Part shown: piece by piece, positions 57,992 through 64,000 of the stretch | Position numbering within the stretch: position 1 is the first letter of the stretch | Layout of the letters: every line of letters begins with the position of its first letter | Assembly (NCBI GenBank): GCA_017551905.1 | Contig: JAFZKK010000150.1 | Span: 3,592-67,591 of the forward strand | Direction: 5' to 3' | Length of the DNA: 64,000 nt | From: Salinivirgaceae bacterium | GTDB lineage: Bacteria; Bacteroidota; Bacteroidia; Bacteroidales; SZUA-534 | Notes under the pieces: model-generated | Seen by the model: the letters and a program-made list of their open reading frames with translations, nothing else | Databases searched by the model: none | Told to the model about the DNA's origin: nothing | Position numbers and translations under genes: made by a program

Positions 57992-58600
57992 CTATTTCTT
58001 TTTTGTTTTCACAATCACCACCCCGACATTCGGGTCATCGGTGTATTTTTTTGCGGCTTTGCCTTTCATCACCTCAACCGATTTGATTTTGTTCTGTTCG
58101 AGGGCTTTCATATCGGCTTCGGTCGATTTCTGGCCATCGATTATATAGATTGTAGTGGAAGTAGGTTTCCTCGATTTGGTAGTGATTACCACAACTCCGT
58201 TTTTGCCTTTCTCTCCGTATCTTGCAGCTTCGGGCGAATTGGGCTTTAAAATCTCAATTGAGTTAATATCTTCCGGTGCGGGCTGTATTGCCTCCACGCC
58301 ATCAACAATTGTTAAAGGCATACTTCCGCCTGGTTCGACATAGATTTTTGCGGACGGGCCGTCGGGCCTTTTGAAGTCCGTTGTTAGAATTTGATGAATA
58401 ACTATAACTTTATTCTCATCAAAGGGGGGCATAGTGTCTATCCGATACCTGTTTATAGTCTTTCCATTCAACTGTGAACCATTGAAATCATAGACCGGCT
58501 CGCCATCAATGCTATATTTGTTCACAGTGACTTTTTGTGCCGTTTGAGCGTTGGCCACCATTGCTGTGGCGCAAAGCCCTAAAATTAAAAGTGTTCTCAT
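57992..58600 (-). CDS. exported protein built from TonB-dependent-receptor plug-like motif repeats
   Basis: Signal peptide MRTLLILGLCATAMVANAQ. The repeated pattern is I(D/V)G...I.SIE(I/V).K...A..YG..G.NGVVVITTK, seen in INSIEILKPNSPEAARYGEKGKNGVVVITTK and IKSVEVMKGKAAKKYTDDPNVGVVIVKTKKK. Confidence 0.55.
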   Translation of the reverse strand: MRTLLILGLCATAMVANAQTAQKVTVNKYSIDGEPVYDFNGSQLNGKTINRYRIDTMPPFDENKVIVIHQILTTDFKRPDGPSAKIYVEPGGSMPLTIVDGVEAIQPAPEDINSIEILKPNSPEAARYGEKGKNGVVVITTKSRKPTSTTIYIIDGQKSTEADMKALEQNKIKSVEVMKGKAAKKYTDDPNVGVVIVKTKKK

Positions 58601-58624
58601 TTTTCTAAAAATTAAGTGGTTAGA

Positions 58625-59164
58625 TTATTGATTTTGCCACGCAAAGTAGGTTGTCAAAGCGTCGCCATCGCGCGTCAGAATGTAGGTGCTCGAGCTATTG
58701 TCCTTCATTTTGGCTGTGATTAAGACGTTTTTCCCGCAAGGTGTGGCGGTCATCGATTCTATCTCGTCTGCCGATAGATTCATCAGCGTATTGAGTGTCT
58801 GTGCTATCTCGATTGGTGTTATATCGCATTGATTATCAATATGTGATAAGAATGCGCCGCGGACAATCACAACCAATGCAATGGCTGCCGCAATGCCCGA
58901 AACCCATTTCAGAGCGGTGCGAAAACCGATAGAGTGGTGGCGGCCTTCGACAATGCGGTCGAACTCTTGCTCTCCGCTGTCGCTCAAACATTTAAGTGCG
59001 GGATTGCTTGCCAAAATCAATTGTGCAACAGCCTTTTCGTCGGCATCGGCGGTGTGGGTTGCGTAGTATTCGGCCAAGGCGCGCTCTTCGGCAACGGTTG
59101 TGTCGGCGTTTAAATAACTCTCAATCAGAGTTTTGCGTTCTATTTTGTTGTCAATGTCCATCAT
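58625..59164 (-). CDS. putative anti-sigma factor (single-pass membrane protein)
   Basis: Begins MMDIDNK with ATGATG overlapping the sigma-gene stop. It has a helical N-terminal domain, one TM helix (WVSGIAAAIALVVIV) and a ~75-aa extracytoplasmic domain. The upstream part of the 300-aa track ORF is a shadow of the sigma gene. Confidence 0.6.
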   Translation of the reverse strand: MMDIDNKIERKTLIESYLNADTTVAEERALAEYYATHTADADEKAVAQLILASNPALKCLSDSGEQEFDRIVEGRHHSIGFRTALKWVSGIAAAIALVVIVRGAFLSHIDNQCDITPIEIAQTLNTLMNLSADEIESMTATPCGKNVLITAKMKDNSSSTYILTRDGDALTTYFAWQNQ

Positions 59165-59661
59165 AGCATTCGTTTTAATTGTTCCAACATCTGTTTGCGT
59201 GCAACCGAAATGGTTGTCTTGACACTTGCCTTGGGTTTGCCCGTCACGGCGGCAATCTCGTCGAGTGAGAGGCCGTCGTCGTTTCTCATTTTCAGCAACA
59301 TCCGCTGCGACGAAGTCAAACCGCCAAAAATCTGCGTTTCTATTTTGGCCATATCCTCGTCGTCGGTCAGAGCAGAGGCCGACATACCACCACTGTAGTC
59401 GGCACCGCCAAGTGGCTGCGCGTCGATTCGGCGCTTGCGGTAGTGCGCCACGCAGGTGTTTTTCACGATTTTGACGGCCAACGCCTCGGCATCGCGAATC
59501 GGGTAGCCGCTCTCCGACAAACGCCACAAAGCAACAAGCGACTCCTGCACAATATCCTCAGGCTCAACCGATTGGCTGGTGGCATTACTAAATCTGCCTG
59601 CCAGCATCAGCATCTTCTGCCTGATTCTCTCCGATAACCGTTCAAACTCTTGAAGTGTCAT
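59161..59661 (-). CDS. ECF-type RNA polymerase sigma-70 family factor
   Basis: Region 2 reads DIVQESLVALW and region 4 reads LTSSQRMLLKMRNDDGLSLDEIAAVTGKPKASVKTTISVARKQM. Start is set at ATG 59661 (MTLQEF), giving 166 aa. Confidence 0.85.
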   Translation of the reverse strand: MTLQEFERLSERIRQKMLMLAGRFSNATSQSVEPEDIVQESLVALWRLSESGYPIRDAEALAVKIVKNTCVAHYRKRRIDAQPLGGADYSGGMSASALTDDEDMAKIETQIFGGLTSSQRMLLKMRNDDGLSLDEIAAVTGKPKASVKTTISVARKQMLEQLKRML

Positions 59662-59762
59662 TTTTTGTGCTTTCTGCCAATAGGTAGCAAAAAGGTGCCG
59701 AAAGTTAATCGGGAAATGTAATTTTTTTGCGAAGGACTGACTAACACCTCCTCTGCCAAAAA

Positions 59763-60881
59763 TCAGAGTTGTTTCACACTCCCCGTCATTCGTGACCAAG
59801 CGTATTTCTGTTTTTCAATACGCAGATTTTCAGTAAAATCCGACATCCGGTTTTTGTCATAGAAATCGGATAGGGCGGTGGCAATACTTGCGGCGTCGGG
59901 TTGAACGACGTAACCCACTTTCCCGTCGGGGACAATCTCTGCAAGGCCGCCCACATTGGTTACCAACATCGGTTTTTCGAAATGGTAGGCAATCTGCGTA
60001 ACACCGCTTTGCGTGGCCGATTTATATGGCTGCACAATTATGTCGGCAGCCGAAAAATAGGTTGCCACCTGGCTGTCGGGAATGAAATCGTTATGCCAGA
60101 TAATTTTGTCGGCAACATCGAATTTTTTCTCCAGTTCAAAATATTTTTCGGAATTGTTGTAAAATTCTCCAGCTACAATCAGTTTTACATTCTTGTTTTT
60201 CAACTGTTTATCGGCCATTGCCTCAAGTAACAAATCGAGGCCTTTATAGTCGCGGATGAAGCCGAAAAACAGCATGTAGGATGTATCTGGACTCAGATTC
60301 AAGGCTTGCAGCGCATTAGCTTTAGGCATCGGCTTACCAAAATTGTCATACAGCGGATGCGGACAAAACGTGCGTTTCTTCTTGGTGTCGAACAAGTTAA
60401 GGTCGTCGAGCACCGATTTCGACATAGCTACAAATCTATCGACCGAACCCACGAAATATGACGATAACATCTTGTCGGCCAGGCGTTTCTCGTGCGGAAT
60501 GATGTTGTCGAGAATCGAGACCACCTTCGTCTTGCCATTGCGTCGGGCGATGCGGGCTATGGTTCCGAAGCACGGCGCCATAAACGGCAGCCAGTATTTG
60601 ATTATCAGCAAGTCGGGGGCGTCGTGCTTGACTTTTCGTCCTACCGAAATCCAATTCAGCGGATTGACCGAGCTCACCGAACGCTCAATGTGCAGTCCGT
60701 CGGGTGCCGGCTCCGATGAATATTGCGTCTTCCCCGGAAACAGAAAATTGGGGTACTGCAAGGTAAAAGTCTCAATTTTCACATCATCGCCTTCAGCCGC
60801 AAACTCCTTTGCCAGCCTCTCGTTGAAGGCCGCCAGACCGCCGCGGTAGGGATATGCCGTGCCAATAATCGTGATTTTCAT
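59763..60881 (-). CDS. glycosyltransferase family 4 (GT-B fold)
   Basis: MKITIIGTAYPYRGGLAAFNERLA at the N-terminus and a C-terminal EX7E-like region (PYKSATQSGV...LVTNVGGLAEIV). Start is set at ATG 60881. Confidence 0.8.
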   Translation of the reverse strand: MKITIIGTAYPYRGGLAAFNERLAKEFAAEGDDVKIETFTLQYPNFLFPGKTQYSSEPAPDGLHIERSVSSVNPLNWISVGRKVKHDAPDLLIIKYWLPFMAPCFGTIARIARRNGKTKVVSILDNIIPHEKRLADKMLSSYFVGSVDRFVAMSKSVLDDLNLFDTKKKRTFCPHPLYDNFGKPMPKANALQALNLSPDTSYMLFFGFIRDYKGLDLLLEAMADKQLKNKNVKLIVAGEFYNNSEKYFELEKKFDVADKIIWHNDFIPDSQVATYFSAADIIVQPYKSATQSGVTQIAYHFEKPMLVTNVGGLAEIVPDGKVGYVVQPDAASIATALSDFYDKNRMSDFTENLRIEKQKYAWSRMTGSVKQL

Positions 60882-61036
60882 CTGCCTTAAATTTCGAGGG
60901 GCAGAGTTAGCTATTTTTGCGTCATAAAAAAAACGGCATCGATATAAAAATGGCAGTTTGGCGAGAAATTTCACAATTCTTCTAAAACCAAACGAATAAC
61001 TGATTATTTTAGCTGATTGAAAACTCAAGCTAAACT

Positions 61037-61735
61037 ATGGGAAAATTGATATTGATACGGCATGGCGAGTCAGTTTGGAACACTCGCAACATATTTACGG
61101 GCTGGATTGACGTTCCGCTGACGCAATCGGGTATTATTGAGGCGGCCAAGGCAGGTAATGTTATTGCCGGAATCGACATTGATGTTGTTTACACATCGGC
61201 TTTGGTGCGGGCCATGCAATCGGCTCTTATTGTGTTGCTTGGCGCCCAACAGAAACGCACTCCGTATATGATTCACGGCTTTTTTGACAGGCACCACGCT
61301 CGTTACCACAAGATAAACCATGAGATAGCCGACAATATGATTCCTGTTTACCGCTGTTGGCAGCTTAATGAGCGCTATTATGGTGATTTGCAGGGATATA
61401 GCAAATCGCGCATCGCCGATTTGTTTGGCGTTGAAAAAGTGCTCAACTGGCGCCGTGGCTACAATGCGCGTCCGCCCAAAGGCGAGAGCCTGCATCAGAC
61501 TGCACGACGCACAATGCCGTTCTTCAACCGCACAATTATGGCGCAGCTCCGCGCCGGCAAAAATGTGCTCATTTCGGCTCACAGCAACAGTTTGCGCTCG
61601 ATAATAATGCATCTTGACAATCTGACCGAAGAACAAGTTATTGGATTAGAGATAGATACAGCTCATCCTATCGTTTACAATTTCGACGGGAAGAAAATGG
61701 AACGGGAGCATTTAAATGTCACACGACCAATTTAA
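61037..61735 (+). CDS. gpmA: 2,3-bisphosphoglycerate-dependent phosphoglycerate mutase family (histidine phosphatase)
   Basis: Shows LILIRHGESVWNTRNIFTGWIDVPL, LNERYYG, WRRGY and SAHSNSLRS. Relative to E. coli GpmA (from memory) it has an internal insertion and a shorter C-terminus. Confidence 0.7.
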   Translation: MGKLILIRHGESVWNTRNIFTGWIDVPLTQSGIIEAAKAGNVIAGIDIDVVYTSALVRAMQSALIVLLGAQQKRTPYMIHGFFDRHHARYHKINHEIADNMIPVYRCWQLNERYYGDLQGYSKSRIADLFGVEKVLNWRRGYNARPPKGESLHQTARRTMPFFNRTIMAQLRAGKNVLISAHSNSLRSIIMHLDNLTEEQVIGLEIDTAHPIVYNFDGKKMEREHLNVTRPI

Positions 61736-61756
61736 CAACCTCCGAACCAAAATGTA

Positions 61757-63643
61757 ATGTGCGGAATAACAGGTGTTTACGCGATAACTGATGAAGGAAG
61801 GTCTCGTTTCGATTTAGTCGAAGGGGCAACCGGGCTTTTGTCGCGTCGCGGGCCTGATACCAAGCGCACAGTCAATATTGGGCGGGCTTGCCTCGGTCAC
61901 GCACGGCTCTCGGTAATCGACTTGAGCGAGGCTGCATCGCAACCTTTCACCGACGCAACTGGCCGATATACAATAGTTTACAATGGCGAAATCTACAATT
62001 TCCGCCAATTGCGAAGCGGCTTGGAGGCTAAAGGCTATCAATTTAAGACCGACAGTGACACCGAAGTTGTTTTATATCAATATATTGAGTCAGGATACGA
62101 TTGTCTGTCGAAATTCACCGGTTTTTTCGCTTTCGCAATCTACGACAGCAAGGAGGAAACGTTGTTCGTCGCCCGTGACCGAATGGGCCAGAAGCCGCTT
62201 CTCTACTATCACGGACACGATTACATAGCGTTTGCCTCGGAGATGAAGGCGATAATGGCTCTTGGCGTGCCACGCGAGCTTGATATGGCTTCGTTGTGCA
62301 TGTATCTGCGGTTCAATTACATACCATCGCCAAACAGCATTTTTACCGATGTCCGCAAACTTGAGCAAGGGCACTATCTGACTATCAAGGGCGGACATGT
62401 CAAAGATGTTTGCTATTACACCATTCCGCACGTTTACAGCTATTTAAGCGCCCCCGACTACGAAACGGCTCAACAGCAACTGCGCGAGCTTATCGGGCAG
62501 TCGGTTTGTGAGCGGCTTGTATCAGATGTGCCGCTTGGCGCGTTCCTCAGCGGTGGCATCGACTCGTCGGTTATTGTGGCCGAGGCTGCCAAACACGTTG
62601 ATAATCTGAGCACATTCTCAATAGGTTACGCCGATGAACCATTTTTCGACGAGACCAAATACGCACAACTTGTGGCCGACAAGTTTCATACAAATCATCA
62701 CGCTTTTCGGCTGACAAACAACGATTTATACGAACATCTACATGCTGTTCTCGATTACATTGACGAGCCTTTTGCCGATTCGTCGGCCATTGCCGTCAAT
62801 ATTCTGAGCCACTACACACGTCAGCACGTAACGGTAGCGCTCTCGGGCGACGGCGCCGACGAGATGTTTGGCGGCTACAACAAGCACTCGGCGCATCTGC
62901 GAGCCATACGTAACGGCTTGGGTATGAGCATGGTGAAAATGGCAAGCCCGTTGTATAATTTGTTCCCGCAGTCGCGTAACACGCTGTTTGGCAACCGTAT
63001 GCGGCAGCTCCGTCGCTTAGCCGACGGCCTTAAACTCGACGCCAAGAGCCGCTATTTGGCGTGGGCGTCGCTTATGGGCGAACACGATGCGCTGGCTCTA
63101 CTTAACAATAAAGTGTTGCCGCAACAGCTCAACAAACGCAATCTGGCCATAACCGGCAACATCAGGCACGACAACAACATTATCGACATTTTGCATGCCG
63201 ATATGCAGCTTGTGCTTGTCAGCGACATGCTTTTCAAGGTCGATATGATGAGCATGGCGGAGAGTCTTGAGGTGCGCAGCCCTTTCCTCGACCACCGGAT
63301 TGTCAATTTTGCATTCTCGCTTCCGCCCGAGTATCTAATTAACAATAAAATGCGGAAACGCATTCTGCAAGACGCCTATCGCAGTCAGTTGCCGCCACAG
63401 CTATACTGCCGCCCCAAACACGGGTTCGAAGTACCGATGCTGAAATGGTTCCGAGGCGAGCTGAAATCGGTTATCGAGACTGATTATCTGCAACCTGACT
63501 TCATCCGCGAACAGAACATCTTCAATCCCGATTTGGTTCAGAAAATGCTGCAGAAACTCAACAGCAAAAGCCCCGGCGATGCCGTTGCCAACATTTGGGC
63601 GCTCATCGTATTCCAACATTGGTGGAAGAAAAATATGCTTTAA
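61757..63643 (+). CDS. asnB: asparagine synthase (glutamine-hydrolysing) family amidotransferase
   Basis: Has the N-terminal nucleophile MCGI and GATase II domain, plus the synthetase-domain PP-loop motif FLSGGIDSS. Length is 628 aa. Confidence 0.85.
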   Translation: MCGITGVYAITDEGRSRFDLVEGATGLLSRRGPDTKRTVNIGRACLGHARLSVIDLSEAASQPFTDATGRYTIVYNGEIYNFRQLRSGLEAKGYQFKTDSDTEVVLYQYIESGYDCLSKFTGFFAFAIYDSKEETLFVARDRMGQKPLLYYHGHDYIAFASEMKAIMALGVPRELDMASLCMYLRFNYIPSPNSIFTDVRKLEQGHYLTIKGGHVKDVCYYTIPHVYSYLSAPDYETAQQQLRELIGQSVCERLVSDVPLGAFLSGGIDSSVIVAEAAKHVDNLSTFSIGYADEPFFDETKYAQLVADKFHTNHHAFRLTNNDLYEHLHAVLDYIDEPFADSSAIAVNILSHYTRQHVTVALSGDGADEMFGGYNKHSAHLRAIRNGLGMSMVKMASPLYNLFPQSRNTLFGNRMRQLRRLADGLKLDAKSRYLAWASLMGEHDALALLNNKVLPQQLNKRNLAITGNIRHDNNIIDILHADMQLVLVSDMLFKVDMMSMAESLEVRSPFLDHRIVNFAFSLPPEYLINNKMRKRILQDAYRSQLPPQLYCRPKHGFEVPMLKWFRGELKSVIETDYLQPDFIREQNIFNPDLVQKMLQKLNSKSPGDAVANIWALIVFQHWWKKNML

Positions 63644-63741
63644 TCATCTGTGAAAACGTTGCTATAAAATAAGTTACAAGCAACGATTGACAAAAGCGCG
63701 GAATTTCCCAATTTGCAACGTTTTTGGAGCAATGAACAGCT

Positions 63742-64000
63742 ATGCCACGGGTGCTTAGAATAATAAACCGGTTCAACTTGGGAGGTCCGACATACAATGC
63801 CGCTTATCTAACGCGCTATATGCCAGATGATTATCGGACGTTGTTGGTGGGCGGAATGAAAGAACCCGACGAGGAAAGCTCGATATACATTGTTCAGAAT
63901 CTGGGGATAACGCCGATTGTCATTCCCGAGATGCAGCGCTCGATTAACGCTCACAACGACTTGGTGGCTTATCGGCGTATCAGCAAGATAATCAAAGATT
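63742..64000 (+). CDS. glycosyltransferase family 4, N-terminal fragment (continues beyond the right edge)
   Basis: ATG 63742 opens MPRVLRIINRFNLGGPTYNAAYLTRYMPDDYRTLLVGGMKEPDEESS..., a typical N-terminus of Bacteroidetes GT4 enzymes. The frame stays open to the window end and is absent from the ORF track because it is incomplete. Confidence 0.65.
   Translation, partial: MPRVLRIINRFNLGGPTYNAAYLTRYMPDDYRTLLVGGMKEPDEESSIYIVQNLGITPIVIPEMQRSINAHNDLVAYRRISKIIKD

Noticed and set aside
58625-59799. Long forms of the track ORFs 58625..59527 (300 aa) and 59161..59799 (212 aa)
   Set aside because: The first 121 codons of the former are an Arg-rich out-of-frame reading of the sigma-factor gene. The first 46 codons of the latter have no sigma-like sequence and would leave no room for a promoter after the GT4 stop. 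Internal ATGs at 59164 and 59661 give canonical proteins with an ATGA sigma/anti-sigma overlap.

Overview
The window looks like a chromosomal segment of a Bacteroidota genome, probably Bacteroidales. Supporting signs are TAnnTTTG -7 promoter boxes, a PorX-type response regulator, a T9SS C-terminal sorting domain, and TonB-dependent receptor plus DUF4249 pairs. Genes are densely packed and mostly core. They include xylB-xylA, an S46 dipeptidyl peptidase, porX, rpsP-rimM, the full Na+-NQR operon nqrABCDEF with apbE, aspS, fumarate reductase frdCAB, thiL, gpsA, pgi, lpxH, sppA-lpxK, rsmI, tdk, a seven-gene V-type ATPase operon, and a glycosyltransferase/asnB cluster at the right edge. I found no rRNA, tRNA, CRISPR array, integrase or transposase. 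The accessory-looking part is 55.1-59.7 kb. There, a single AAA+/DUF4143 ATPase gene is bracketed by ~100-bp direct repeats that duplicate the V-ATPase terminator and has a 3 x 23-bp tandem repeat upstream. Next to it lies a more AT-rich operon encoding an ECF sigma, an anti-sigma, a plug-motif repeat protein and a beta-propeller. Other notable points are a rubredoxin-like zinc ribbon fused to the N-terminus of NqrC and a four-helix-bundle gene inserted between nqrF and apbE. Two genes are disrupted: a TonB-dependent receptor by a 1-nt frameshift and a CAP-domain gene by an in-frame TAA. There are also tandem mosaic DUF4249 paralogs, a CTRACR hexamer microsatellite after tdk, and near-identical terminators on the nqr and frd operons. 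All calls come from reading the translations and the DNA by eye; no database search was run. The many long antisense ORFs in the track are treated as shadows of the real genes.
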